This document shows, one piece after another, positions 9,554 through 21,420 of a DNA stretch of 64,000 bases. Numbering within the stretch: the first letter of the stretch is position 1; each line of letters begins with the position of its first letter. The position numbers and the translations under genes were made by a program. Source of the stretch: an uncultured Actinomycetes bacterium (lineage in GTDB: Bacteria; Actinomycetota; UBA4738; HRBIN12). The notes under the pieces are model-generated. The model did not search any database. It saw nothing but the letters and a program-made list of their open reading frames with translations, and had not been told where the DNA came from. The stretch is from positions 104-64,103 of the forward strand of contig CAWGFM010000001.1 in the NCBI GenBank assembly GCA_963821935.1, written 5' to 3'.

Positions 9554-10384
9554 GTGAGCGATGGCGGGACCGTCATCGCCGACCGGTACGACGCGTTCCT
9601 GTTCGACCTCGACGGCGTCCTCTATCGAGGGGGCGACCCGATCCCCGGCGCCGCCGACGCCCTGTCGCGTCTTCGTGCGGCGGGCAAGCGGGTGGCCTTC
9701 GTCACGAACAACGCGAGCGCCACGCCCGCCATGGTCGTTCACCGACTCACCGATGTCGGCGTGGAGGCCCGCACGGATGAGATCGAAACGTCCGCGCTGT
9801 CGACCGCCGCACTCCTTGCCGCTCGCGGTGTCGCCACTGCCTTCGTGGTGGGGGAGGAGGGCATCCGAACCGCCCTGACCGAGGCCGGGATCCGACTCGT
9901 GGAGATGGAGGGGACCGACGAGGATCCCGCCCAGGGTGAGCCGCCTCGTGTCGACGCCGTGGTCATCGGGCTCGACCGCAACGCCGACTATCAACGTCTG
10001 CGGACCGCGTCCCTCCTGGTGGACGCCGGATCCAGTCTGGTCGCGACCAACCCCGACGGATCGTTCCCGGCCCCGGGAGGAGCTCGGTGGCCCGGCGCGG
10101 GCGCCCTCGTCGCCGCGGTGGAGGCCACCACGCAGGTCCGCGCCGAGGTGGTCGGCAAGCCGAACGCGCCGATCTTCCGGGCGGCACTGGCTCGGGCCGG
10201 TGGCGGCGAGCCGCTGGTGGTGGGTGATCGCCTCGATACCGACATCGCGGGCGCGTATGCGTTGGGCTGGCATTCGTTGCTGGTCCTGACCGGCATCTCC
10301 ACGCGCGAAGAGGCCGCTCGCAGCGAGACGCCTCCGACCTATGTCGGCGAGCACCTGGGCGCGCTGTTCGAGTCCCACGGCTGA
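9554..10384 (+). CDS. HAD-IIA family hydrolase (NagD-like)
   Basis: FDLDGV, TNN, GKP, VGDRLDTDI motifs. Confidence 0.93.
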   Translation: MSDGGTVIADRYDAFLFDLDGVLYRGGDPIPGAADALSRLRAAGKRVAFVTNNASATPAMVVHRLTDVGVEARTDEIETSALSTAALLAARGVATAFVVGEEGIRTALTEAGIRLVEMEGTDEDPAQGEPPRVDAVVIGLDRNADYQRLRTASLLVDAGSSLVATNPDGSFPAPGGARWPGAGALVAAVEATTQVRAEVVGKPNAPIFRAALARAGGGEPLVVGDRLDTDIAGAYALGWHSLLVLTGISTREEAARSETPPTYVGEHLGALFESHG

Positions 10385-10463
10385 GGAAGTCCCCCGGGGG
10401 TTCGACGCCTGCGTCCCGTATGCTGGTCCGACCCAACGCGACACCGCGAAAGGACCGTTTCCC

Positions 10464-10913
10464 ATGGTGATCGATGATGTTCGGAAGACGTTCGAGGCAG
10501 CCCTCGGGCTCCTCGACCCGGCCAAGGCTCAACAGCTGGCCAAGGATCTGATGGATCCAGGCACGGCGAAGGAGCAGATCGCGAAGACGGCCGCCGACCT
10601 CGTCGAGTGGTCCCAATCGAACCGGGAGCGGCTGAGCTCGTTCATCCGCGCCGAGATCTCCGATCAGATGAAGAACATGGGAGCTGCCACGGGCGCCGAG
10701 CTCGACGCGCTGAAGAAGCGCGTTCGGGACCTGGAACGGGATGCGGGCAAGACCGCCTCGGGCCGGAAAGCCGCTGCCCGAAAGACATCGGCTCGGAAGA
10801 CGTCGGCCCGCAAGACCACCGCTCGCACGACCACGTCCAAGGCCCGGCCCTCGACCGTGAACCCATCCTCCGTGTCGGGTCCGGGCACCGGCTCCACTAC
10901 ACCCGGCGCCTGA
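10464..10913 (+). CDS. Phasin-like coiled-coil protein with basic ARKT-repeat tail
   Basis: ATGAELDALKKRVRDLE coiled coil; KAAARKTSARKTSARKTTART tail. Confidence 0.65.
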   Translation: MVIDDVRKTFEAALGLLDPAKAQQLAKDLMDPGTAKEQIAKTAADLVEWSQSNRERLSSFIRAEISDQMKNMGAATGAELDALKKRVRDLERDAGKTASGRKAAARKTSARKTSARKTTARTTTSKARPSTVNPSSVSGPGTGSTTPGA

Positions 10914-10938
10914 CCGACACCGCCGGGTGCACGCCACC

Positions 10939-11743
10939 GTGACCAGGCGGAGGCTCGATGTCGAGTTGGTCCGGCGCGGGCTGGCCTCGAGCGAGGCCGA
11001 GGCACACGACGCGATCCGGGGAGGCTTCGTGCACGTCGCGGGCTCGCCGGCGACGAAGTCTTCGACGTTGGTCGCCGACGACCAGCCCGTCACCGTCGCC
11101 CGGCCAGGGCGACGCTTCGTCTCCAGGGGCGGCGACAAGCTCGATGCCGCGCTCGAGCGATTCCAGATCGACCCCAGCGGGCTGGACTGTCTGGATGCCG
11201 GCGCATCGACCGGCGGGTTCACGGACCGGCTCCTCCAGGGCGGCGCCGCGCGGGTGGTAGCCGTGGACGTCGGCTACGGACAGTTGGCCTGGGAGCTCCG
11301 CATGGACGACCGCGTCACGGTGATGGATCGGACCAACGTTCGGCGGCTCCGCCCAGCAGCGCTTCCGTTTGCCCCGGCGTTGGTGGTGGCCGACCTGTCG
11401 TTCATCTCGCTGCGAACCGTCGTGGGAGCCCTCGCGGACGTTGCTCGGTCTGATGCCTCCTTCGTCCTGTTGGTGAAGCCGCAGTTCGAGGTGGCGGCCG
11501 CCGAGGTGACCGGAGGCGGTGTGGTCCGGTCCCCGGCGGCGTGGCGGGGCGCCCTCACCCGGGTCCTGGATGCTGCGTCGAACGCCGGCGTGCACCCAGT
11601 GGGCTTGATGGCGTCGCCGGTCCGAGGTCCGGCCGGCAACGTGGAGTTCCTGGTGCATGGCCGGATGTCCGAAGCGGACAGGCCGCTCACCCCAGGCGAC
11701 CTCGACGCCGCCGATCGCCGAGGGGGAGGGCGTGAGGGCATGA
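10939..11743 (+). CDS. tlyA: TlyA rRNA 2'-O-methyltransferase (reads through into nadK as assembled)
   Basis: S4 domain RLDVELVRRG, FVSRGGDKL, LDAGASTGGFTD, DLSFISL, KPQFE, GNVEF. Confidence 0.92.
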
Positions 11744-12609
11744 GCCGGGTCGGGTTCGTGGTGCATCGAGGCCGCCGAGCTGCCGTCGATGCGGCAGATC
11801 TGATCCGTGGTCAGCTCGCCGATGCCGGGGTGGACACCACTGTGTTGCACGATGGCACGGGCTCGGGCAGCGACCACGGCGCCGACCTGGTCGTCTCGGT
11901 CGGTGGCGACGGGACCTTCTTGCGTGGCGCGCACGCGGCGTCGGATCTGGGGTGCCCGGTCCTGGGTGTCATGGTCGGCCGGCTCGGATTCCTCACGGAG
12001 GTCGAGCCGGCGGAGGCGACGGTGCTGATCAGGTCGGTGCTGGCCGGCGAGGCCCGGATCGAGGAGCGGATGGCCCTCACCGTGGAGCCCGTCGATGGTG
12101 CGCGGTTCGAGCCCCAGTGGGGCCTGAACGAGGTCATGGTCGAGAAGCACGCCCGCCACCGGTTGGTGCGCCTGGCGGTCGAGGTGGACGGCGCCTACGT
12201 CACGACCTTCTCGGCGGACGGGGTCATCGTCGCATCCCCGACCGGCTCCACCGCCTACTCCTTCTCCGCGCGCGGACCCATCGTCAGCCCGTTCGTGGAC
12301 TCCCTCGTCCTCACGCCGATCGCTGCGCACATGGTCTTCGATCGCTCGTTCGTCCTGGATCCTGCCTCGGAGGTCTCGCTACTGGTGATGGGCGACGAGA
12401 GCGGTGTGCTGTCCGCCGACGGCCGCCAGAGCATCGAGCTCCCGGTGGGATCTCGGGTCAGGATCCGCCGGTCGAGCCGCCCCGCACGCATGGTGCGGCG
12501 CGGCGATGCGCCGGGATTCCTGTCGCTCGTGCGCGACAAGTTCGGGCTACCCGGTGACGAGGACGAAGACGCGCCGGACCCCGACGACCGCGTCGTTCCC
12601 GACGCGTAG
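11740..12609 (+). CDS. nadK: NAD kinase
   Basis: GGDGTFL, GRLGFL, LNE, DGVIVASPTGSTAYS. Confidence 0.93.
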   Translation: MSRVGFVVHRGRRAAVDAADLIRGQLADAGVDTTVLHDGTGSGSDHGADLVVSVGGDGTFLRGAHAASDLGCPVLGVMVGRLGFLTEVEPAEATVLIRSVLAGEARIEERMALTVEPVDGARFEPQWGLNEVMVEKHARHRLVRLAVEVDGAYVTTFSADGVIVASPTGSTAYSFSARGPIVSPFVDSLVLTPIAAHMVFDRSFVLDPASEVSLLVMGDESGVLSADGRQSIELPVGSRVRIRRSSRPARMVRRGDAPGFLSLVRDKFGLPGDEDEDAPDPDDRVVPDA

Positions 12610-12618
12610 GCTCCGTCC

Positions 12619-14301
12619 GTGCTGCACGAGCTCCACATCGCCGGTTTGGGCGTCATCGACGATCTCGATCTCCCTCTCCATGCGGGCCTGAACGTCCTCA
12701 CCGGCGAGACCGGCACGGGCAAGACCATGGTCACCGTCGGGCTCTCGCTGGCGCTCGGAGCCCGGGCCTCGTCATCACTCGTCCGCGAGGGAGCCCGGGC
12801 GGCCCGGGTGCAGGCGCGGTTCGATGCGCCCATCGACGTCGATGCCGGCTCCGTCGACGTCGATGCTGGCGAGTGGTCCGACGACGACGAGCTGATCTTG
12901 GCCAGGACCGTTCCCGCCGACGGCAAGGGAACGTCCAGGATCTCCGGACAGCTCGCCACGGCCTCCGCCCTGGCCGCCCTCGGCGAGCACCTGGTCGAGG
13001 TCCACGGTCAGCACCAGGCCCAGCGTCTGCTCTCCAGCAGCACCCAGACGGCCTTCTTGGACCGGTTCGCGGGCCCTCCCCACCTGCAAGCCGCGGTTGC
13101 CTATCGAGAGGCGTTCGAGCGGCAGCAGGCTCTGCGGTCGGAGGTCGAGGCACTCCGCGCCGCATCGCGCGACCGGGAGCGAGAGCTCGATCTGCTGGCG
13201 TACCAGGTGCGCGAGATCGACGAGGTGGATCCCCAGCCGGGCGAGACACCGGCACTGCTGGCCACCGAGGCGCGACTGGCGCATGTGGAGCGCCTCCTCG
13301 AGCTCGCCGCATCCGCCGAGCAGGTGCTGGACGGCGACGACGGCGCAGCCGCCCTCGCGGTGGCCGCAGCGGCGCGCGCCTTGGAGGAGGCCATCGCACT
13401 CGACCCCGGATCGACCGAGCTCGGGTCGCGCGCCCTCGGACTGTCGGCGGAGGTCACCGAGCTCGCTCGGGACGTTCGGGCCTATCGCGACTCGCTGCTC
13501 GCCGACCCCGAGCAGCTCCAGACCGTCCGCGAACGCGTGGCCGTCCTGCGGTCGCTCCAGCGCAAGTACGGCGAGACGGACGATGAAGTGCGAGCGTTCC
13601 TGGAACGAGCCAAGGGCCGGCTCGCAGATCTGGGTGGTGCGGACGAGCGCCTCGGACAGCTCACCGGACTCCTGCACGAGACCGAGGCCGAGGTGACCGC
13701 CAGGGCCTCGGTCGTCAGCGAGGCCCGAGCCAGGTTCGCCGGTCCGCTCGCGCACGCGGTGGAGGCGGAGCTCCACCAGCTGGGCATGCCCGGCGCCACG
13801 CTGCAGGTCGCACTGGTTCCGGTCGACCCGCCGGGCCCCAGCGGCGCCGAACGGGTCGAGCTGCGGTTCGCGGCCGGCCCCGGTCAGTCGCCGGGGGCGC
13901 TGGCCAAGACCGCCTCGGGCGGGGAGCTCTCGCGCACGATGCTGGCGTGTCGCAGTGTCCTGGCCGACCTCGATCACGTCCCCACGCTGGTCTTCGACGA
14001 GGTCGACGCCGGTATCGGAGGTCAGGCCGGGTTGTCGGTGGGCCGTCGCTTGGCGCAGCTGGCGCACGATCGCCAGGTCGTGGTGGTGACCCACCTGCCG
14101 CAGATCGCCTGCTTCGCCGACCGACACGTGCGCGTCACCAAGGATCAAGGCACGGCGCGGATCGAAGTCCTCGACCATGACGCGCGGGTGGCCGAGCTCT
14201 CTCGCATGCTCGCGGGGCTCGCCGACACCGCGGGGGCCGTCTCCCATGCCGAGGAACTGCTCGAGGAAGCGGCCACGGTCCGTGCCGCCGCAACGCAATG
14301 A
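12619..14301 (+). CDS. recN: DNA repair protein RecN
   Basis: TGETGTGKT Walker A, VHGQH, ASGGELSR signature, FDEVDAG, VTHLPQ. Confidence 0.96.
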   Translation: MLHELHIAGLGVIDDLDLPLHAGLNVLTGETGTGKTMVTVGLSLALGARASSSLVREGARAARVQARFDAPIDVDAGSVDVDAGEWSDDDELILARTVPADGKGTSRISGQLATASALAALGEHLVEVHGQHQAQRLLSSSTQTAFLDRFAGPPHLQAAVAYREAFERQQALRSEVEALRAASRDRERELDLLAYQVREIDEVDPQPGETPALLATEARLAHVERLLELAASAEQVLDGDDGAAALAVAAAARALEEAIALDPGSTELGSRALGLSAEVTELARDVRAYRDSLLADPEQLQTVRERVAVLRSLQRKYGETDDEVRAFLERAKGRLADLGGADERLGQLTGLLHETEAEVTARASVVSEARARFAGPLAHAVEAELHQLGMPGATLQVALVPVDPPGPSGAERVELRFAAGPGQSPGALAKTASGGELSRTMLACRSVLADLDHVPTLVFDEVDAGIGGQAGLSVGRRLAQLAHDRQVVVVTHLPQIACFADRHVRVTKDQGTARIEVLDHDARVAELSRMLAGLADTAGAVSHAEELLEEAATVRAAATQ

Positions 14302-16011
<1,710 letters not shown>

Positions 16012-16013
16012 GC

Positions 16014-16550
16014 ATGGGTGCCCGCGGGAGGGCAGGGCCGGACTCGGCGACGACGAGCTACCGCGGCGAGTTCGTGCAGGTCGATGTCGAGCGGTGGCCC
16101 GGCATGGCGCCGTGGGAGGTCGTGCGTATCCACGATGCTGCGGCGGTGTTGCCGGTGCTGCCCGACGATCGGGTGCTCCTCGTGCAGCAGTTCCGCCCGG
16201 CGGTGCGCCAGGTCCTCACGGAGATCCCCGCGGGCCTGCTCGACGTCGAAGGTGAAGACGCCGTCACGGCTGCCGGTCGCGAACTGTTCGAAGAGACCGG
16301 CTACCGACACTCGGCCATCGAGTTCCTGGGCGGCTACTACCCGTCGGCCGGTTCGCTCGCTCAGTACGTGCACCTGTTCTGGGCCCGCGTTCCTCCCGAG
16401 CCCGAGGGACTCGCGGAAGATGGCATCGACGTCACCACGGCGCCGCTGCAGGACATGATCGCGGCGGCGCGCGGCGGCCGGGTGCGCGATGGCATGACGG
16501 CCCTGGCGCTGCTGTTGGCCCAGGGGCGGCCGTCGCTGCCGATGCCGTGA
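16014..16550 (+). CDS. NUDIX hydrolase (ADP-ribose pyrophosphatase-like)
   Basis: EIPAGLLD...RELFEETG Nudix box. Confidence 0.9.
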   Translation: MGARGRAGPDSATTSYRGEFVQVDVERWPGMAPWEVVRIHDAAAVLPVLPDDRVLLVQQFRPAVRQVLTEIPAGLLDVEGEDAVTAAGRELFEETGYRHSAIEFLGGYYPSAGSLAQYVHLFWARVPPEPEGLAEDGIDVTTAPLQDMIAAARGGRVRDGMTALALLLAQGRPSLPMP

Positions 16551-16635
16551 CGGCATGCCGTACATGGGTTGAGTAGGCTTGCCTCGGAAGCGACGTGGCG
16601 GCAGCATGGCCGGAACGTCCCCAGGAGGCGCGCAC

Positions 16636-17760
16636 GTGATCGTCGGAGTCCCGAAGGAAGTCAAGGACAACGAGTTCCGGGTGGCGCTGACCCCCGAAGG
16701 GGTGCGCGAGCTGGTCGCTGCCGAACAGCGTGTCGTGGTGGAGACGACCGCGGGCCTGGGTTCCGCGATCGCCGACGAGGACTTCATCGCGGCCGGGGCC
16801 CAGATCGCGCCGGATGCCGACGCCGTGTTCGGCGAGGCGGACATGATCGTGAAGGTGAAGGAGCCGCAGCCCCAGGAGTACGAACGGTTCCGGAGCGGCC
16901 AGGTGCTGTTCACCTACTTGCACCTGGCGGCCGATGAGACGCTCACCCGGTTCTTGGTCGACCGCAAGGTGCGATCGGTCGCGTACGAGACCGTCCAGAC
17001 GCCAGACGGCCGGCTTCCGCTCCTGGCGCCCATGTCCGAGATCGCGGGGCGGATGGCACCACAAGAGGGGGCAGCAGCGCTGGAACGACCGCGCGGAGGA
17101 CGTGGCGTCCTCATGGGCGGGGCCTCCGGGGTCGCACCCGCCAAGGTGGTGGTGCTCGGCGCGGGCATGGCCGGCGCCAACGCTGCCCAGATCGCTGCCG
17201 GCATGGAGGCCGAGGTCACCGTCCTCGACCGATCGATCGAGCCTCTGCGCGACATCGACCGGATCTGGCACGGCCGGATCCAGACGACGATGAGCTCCTC
17301 GCTGGCGATCGAGCGATCGGTGCTGGCCGCCGATCTGGTTGTGGGCGCGGTGCTGGTTCCGGGAGCCAAGGCCCCTCATCTGGTCACCGCCGAGCTGGTC
17401 TCGGCGATGCAAGCCGGGTCGGTGCTGGTGGACATCTCGATCGATCAAGGGGGGTGCTTCGAGACGTCTCATGTCACGACGCACTCGGACCCTACCTACG
17501 TCGTCGACGACGTGGTGCACTACTGCGTCGGGAACATGCCCGGGGCCGTGCCGCGCACCTCGACCTATGCGCTCACCAACGTCACCCTGCCCTACGCCAT
17601 CGCGATCGCCGCCGACGGTCTGGTCGAGGCGATCCGTCACGATCCGGATCTGGCCCTGGGCGTGAACGTCTACGACGGCCAGATCACGAACGAGGGGGTC
17701 GCCGAGGCACACGGCATGGAACCGGTTCCGTTGTCCGAGCTCGTGGACGGTCTGGTCTAG
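16636..17760 (+). CDS. ald: Alanine dehydrogenase
   Basis: GVPKEVKDNEFRV, FTYLHLA, IDQGGCFET, NMPGAVPRTST; AGGAGG SD before GTG 16636. Confidence 0.96.
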   Translation: MIVGVPKEVKDNEFRVALTPEGVRELVAAEQRVVVETTAGLGSAIADEDFIAAGAQIAPDADAVFGEADMIVKVKEPQPQEYERFRSGQVLFTYLHLAADETLTRFLVDRKVRSVAYETVQTPDGRLPLLAPMSEIAGRMAPQEGAAALERPRGGRGVLMGGASGVAPAKVVVLGAGMAGANAAQIAAGMEAEVTVLDRSIEPLRDIDRIWHGRIQTTMSSSLAIERSVLAADLVVGAVLVPGAKAPHLVTAELVSAMQAGSVLVDISIDQGGCFETSHVTTHSDPTYVVDDVVHYCVGNMPGAVPRTSTYALTNVTLPYAIAIAADGLVEAIRHDPDLALGVNVYDGQITNEGVAEAHGMEPVPLSELVDGLV

Positions 17761-17769
17761 GAGGGGCAG

Positions 17770-18741
17770 GTGGGGGAGCCGATCGCCCTGGAGGCAGAGC
17801 GCTACCTGGATCACCTCACCGTCGAACGCGGACTGTCCGAGCACACGCTGGCTGCCTACCGGCGTGATCTCCGCCGCTACCTGGACTTCCTCGCGACGCG
17901 AGACGTCACCGAGCCCGCGGTCGTGGAGGAGGCCACCGTCCGGTCGTTCGTGGCCTCCCTGAGCGCATCGACCTACGGTGATGACGAACGTCCGTATCGC
18001 GCCAGCTCCGTCGCGCGGACCCTGTCCTCGGTGCGGTCGTTCCACCGGTTCCTGCTTCGTGAAGGCGTGACCGAACGCGATCCGGCGATGGGGATCTCAC
18101 AACCCAAGCTGCCACGATCGCTGCCGAGGCCGCTGAGCGTGGACGAGGTCACCAGGTTGGTGGAGGTACCCGATCGCGACACGCCGGTGGGCCTGCGAGA
18201 TCGCGCCATCCTCGAGCTGCTGTACGGCGCCGGCCTGCGCATCTCCGAGCTCGTGGGCCTGGACGTGGACGACGTCGACCTGGAGCAGGGATCGGTTCGG
18301 GTGCTCGGCAAGGGCGGGAAGGAGCGAGAGGTCCCACTGGGGAGCATGGGACGAGCGGCGGCCGGTGACTACCTGATCCGCGCACGGCCGGAGTTCGCCT
18401 CCGCGGCCAGTCGCGGCGCGATGTTCCTCAATCGGCGGGGAGGCCGGCTCACGCGCCAGAGCTGTGCGCGCCTGCTCGGCGCGTACGTCGCGGCAGCCGG
18501 GATCGATCGCCGCGTCACGTTGCACACGCTTCGGCATTCCTTCGCCACCCACCTGCTGGAAGGTGGCGCCGACGTTCGGGTCGTGCAGGAGCTGCTCGGC
18601 CACGCCAGCGTCGCGACCACCCAGATCTACACGCTCGTGACCCGAGAGCACCTGCGCGAGGTCTACTACTCGTCGCATCCGCGGGCCCGTCGTGACCCGC
18701 GCGATCGGACCGACGTGCCCAACGCCGAGATCTCGTCGTGA
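17770..18741 (+). CDS. xerD: Site-specific tyrosine recombinase XerD
   Basis: GLRISEL, GKGGKER, HTLRHSFATH, LGH...TTQIY; usual position after pyrG-NUDIX-ald. Confidence 0.93.
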   Translation: MGEPIALEAERYLDHLTVERGLSEHTLAAYRRDLRRYLDFLATRDVTEPAVVEEATVRSFVASLSASTYGDDERPYRASSVARTLSSVRSFHRFLLREGVTERDPAMGISQPKLPRSLPRPLSVDEVTRLVEVPDRDTPVGLRDRAILELLYGAGLRISELVGLDVDDVDLEQGSVRVLGKGGKEREVPLGSMGRAAAGDYLIRARPEFASAASRGAMFLNRRGGRLTRQSCARLLGAYVAAAGIDRRVTLHTLRHSFATHLLEGGADVRVVQELLGHASVATTQIYTLVTREHLREVYYSSHPRARRDPRDRTDVPNAEISS

Positions 18742-19922
18742 GCGAGGCGCTCGTCCCGCGCGTGCTGGTGCTGGTGTGTGATTCCTGGGGTGTGGGGGAT
18801 GCACCCGATGCCGCCGCGTACGGAGACCAAGGCTCGGACACGATCGCGAACACGGCGCGAGCGGCCGGCGGCATCACCGTGCCCACCCTCGAGGCCATGG
18901 GCCTCGGACTGCTCACCGACGTCGATGGGGTGGCCGCGGCGGCCGCCGAGGGCACCGCGCACGGGCGAGCCACCGAGCGATCGGCCGGGAAGGACACCAC
19001 GACGGGGCATTGGGAGATGATGGGCATCCAGCTGGACGAGCCCTTCCCCGTGTATCCGGACGGGTTCCCGCCTGAGATCATCGACCCCTTCCGGGACGCG
19101 ATCGGGCATGGCGTGCTGGGCAACGTTCCGGCATCCGGGACGGAGATCATCGCGGAGCTGGGCGAGGAGCATCTGCGCACCGGCGACCCGATCGTCTACA
19201 CGAGTGGTGACTCGGTGTTCCAGATCGCGACCCACGTCTCGATCGTGCCGCTCGAGCAGCTCTACGAGTGGTGCAGGATCGCTCGGGCCCTGCTGGACGG
19301 ACCCCATCGCGTGGGACGGGTCATCGCCCGCCCGTTCGAGGGAGTCCCGGGCGCGTTCGTGCGCAGCGCGGCACGACGTGATCTTTCCGTGCTCCCTCCA
19401 GGTCCGACCGTCCTCGATGCGGTGCAGGCGGCCGGCGTGGCGGTGCGCGGGGTTGGCAAGATCGACGACATCTTCAGCGGCCGGGGGATCTCCGAAGCTC
19501 GGTACTCCGACTCCAACGACGACGGGGTCGACATCACGCTCGAGTATCTTCGAAGCCCCGGGACGTCGCTGGTCTTCACGAACCTGGTCGACTTCGATTC
19601 GAAGTACGGGCACCGCAACGACCCAGCCGGCTACGCGAGATCGATCGAGGCGCTCGACCGCCGGCTCCCCGAGCTCATCGAAGCGTTGGACGGCGGGGTC
19701 ATGCTCCTCACGGGCGACCACGGTTGCGACCCGACGACCGAGCCCACCGACCATTCCCGGGAACGGACGCCACTGCTCGCCGCCGGCCTGACGGGTGGAC
19801 CATATGAGATCGGCACGCGGGAGTCCTTCGGGGATCTTGGACACACGGCGGCGGCCCTCCTTGGGGTGGAGGTCGAGGGTTTGGTGGGCGAGAGCTTCGT
19901 CGACCGCTTGGGTATGACGTGA
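18738..19922 (+). CDS. deoB: Phosphopentomutase
   Basis: DSWGVG, GKDTTTGHWE, DFDSKYGHRND, DHGCDP, DHSRE. Confidence 0.95.
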   Translation: MSEALVPRVLVLVCDSWGVGDAPDAAAYGDQGSDTIANTARAAGGITVPTLEAMGLGLLTDVDGVAAAAAEGTAHGRATERSAGKDTTTGHWEMMGIQLDEPFPVYPDGFPPEIIDPFRDAIGHGVLGNVPASGTEIIAELGEEHLRTGDPIVYTSGDSVFQIATHVSIVPLEQLYEWCRIARALLDGPHRVGRVIARPFEGVPGAFVRSAARRDLSVLPPGPTVLDAVQAAGVAVRGVGKIDDIFSGRGISEARYSDSNDDGVDITLEYLRSPGTSLVFTNLVDFDSKYGHRNDPAGYARSIEALDRRLPELIEALDGGVMLLTGDHGCDPTTEPTDHSRERTPLLAAGLTGGPYEIGTRESFGDLGHTAAALLGVEVEGLVGESFVDRLGMT

Positions 19923-20076
19923 GTGCCGGTAACACCGTCTGGTCGAGGGTTGAGGCTGCACGTGCGGTACCCTCACCCTCGTTCCCATCCCGGACGGGAA
20001 AGGGTCTGATCCGGGGCGATCGACGTCAGCTCGACCCCCATGCGAACGCGCAGGTCAGACCGGCTGGAATCCCCAC

Positions 20077-21390
20077 ATGAGGACGAGGGACCACCGTCAG
20101 ACCGTCGCGGCGAAGCGTGACGGCCGCGCGGTGGCTGCTGCTGACATCGAGGCGTTCATCGAGGGTTACGGATCGGGCGAGGTGACCGATCCGCTCGCGG
20201 CGGCGTTCCTGATGGCCTGTGTCCTGAATGGGCTCGACGAGCAGGAGACGCTGGCCCTCACGCGCGCATTGATCGACTCGGGTGAGACCGTCGCCTTCCC
20301 CAGCCTGGAGCTGCCCACGGTCGACAAGCATTCCACCGGCGGGGTGGCCGACGGGGTGACGTTGGTCTTCGCGCCCTTGGCGGCCTCCGTCGGCCTTGCC
20401 GTCGCGAAGCTCTCCGGCCGTGGGCTCGGGCACACGGGAGGCACGCTCGACAAGCTGGAGTCGATCCCGGGCTTGCACACGGATCTGTCTCCGGCGCAGA
20501 TGGAGGGGCAAGTCGCCGAGATCGGCTGTGCGGTGGCCGCCCAGACCGCCCGGCTGGTGCCGGCCGACGGGGCCCTGTATGCCTTGCGCGATGCCACGGC
20601 GACCGTGCCGTCGGTCCCGTTGATCGCCGCAAGTGTCATGTCGAAGAAGCTGGCCGTCTCGACCGATCTGATCCTGTTGGACGTGAAGGCCGGCTCCGGG
20701 GCGTTCATGAAGACGGTGCCCGAGGCTCGCGACCTCGCTCAGGCGTGCCTGCGCCTCGCCACCGGAGCGGGCCGCGCCGCCACGGTCGCCGTCACCGACA
20801 TGAACCAGCCACTGGGCGACGCGGTCGGCAATGCGCTCGACATCATCGAGACCGTGGAGGTGCTTCGGGGCGACCGTCGTGGTCGGCTGCGAGAGCTCGC
20901 GGTCCTGTTCGTGGCTCGCGGTATGGAGGCGACCTTGGGGATCGGTCTGGGCGAGGCGACGGTTCGGGCCGAGCGCGCGATGGATTCGGGCGAGGCGCTC
21001 GATCGATTCCGGCGATTGGTGCACGCGCAGGGCGGCGACCCCCACGTGGTCGACCGGCCCGAGGCGGTCCTTCCCCGGGCGGCCGTCATCGAACCGCTGA
21101 TCGCCGACCGCACGGGCGTGGTGGCGTCGATCGACGCCGAGGCGATCGGTTCCGCCAGCGGAGCCTTGGGAGCTGGTCGCCTCCGCAAAGGCGACCCGAT
21201 CGACCCCGCGGTGGGTATCGTGGTGCGGTCCAAGATCGGCACGGCGATCGAGCGCGGACATCCGATCGGGCAGATCCACGCTCGGGACGATGACGCGGCC
21301 GCCGAGGCGGCGTCGCGAACCCTCGCCGCGCTCACGGTGTCGGACGATGAGGTCGACGTACCTCCGCTGGTGCACGGTTGGTTCGGCTGA
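20077..21390 (+). CDS. pdp: Pyrimidine-nucleoside/thymidine phosphorylase
   Basis: DKHSTGGVAD, SGRGLGHTGGTLDKLE, SVMSKK, DVKAGSGAFMK. Confidence 0.93.
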   Translation: MRTRDHRQTVAAKRDGRAVAAADIEAFIEGYGSGEVTDPLAAAFLMACVLNGLDEQETLALTRALIDSGETVAFPSLELPTVDKHSTGGVADGVTLVFAPLAASVGLAVAKLSGRGLGHTGGTLDKLESIPGLHTDLSPAQMEGQVAEIGCAVAAQTARLVPADGALYALRDATATVPSVPLIAASVMSKKLAVSTDLILLDVKAGSGAFMKTVPEARDLAQACLRLATGAGRAATVAVTDMNQPLGDAVGNALDIIETVEVLRGDRRGRLRELAVLFVARGMEATLGIGLGEATVRAERAMDSGEALDRFRRLVHAQGGDPHVVDRPEAVLPRAAVIEPLIADRTGVVASIDAEAIGSASGALGAGRLRKGDPIDPAVGIVVRSKIGTAIERGHPIGQIHARDDDAAAEAASRTLAALTVSDDEVDVPPLVHGWFG

Positions 21391-21420
21391 CCGGCGGCCA
21401 TCGGTGACGAGCGAGGAGGC

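Noticed and set aside
10927-12609. TlyA-NAD kinase fusion as a novel protein
   Set aside because: Deleting one base restores a normal tlyA stop overlapping the nadK ATG, and similar indels occur elsewhere in the window.
17770-18741. XerD as the integrase of the 616-8156 island
   Set aside because: It sits in its usual chromosomal context, and no dif-like sites were recognised at the island ends.
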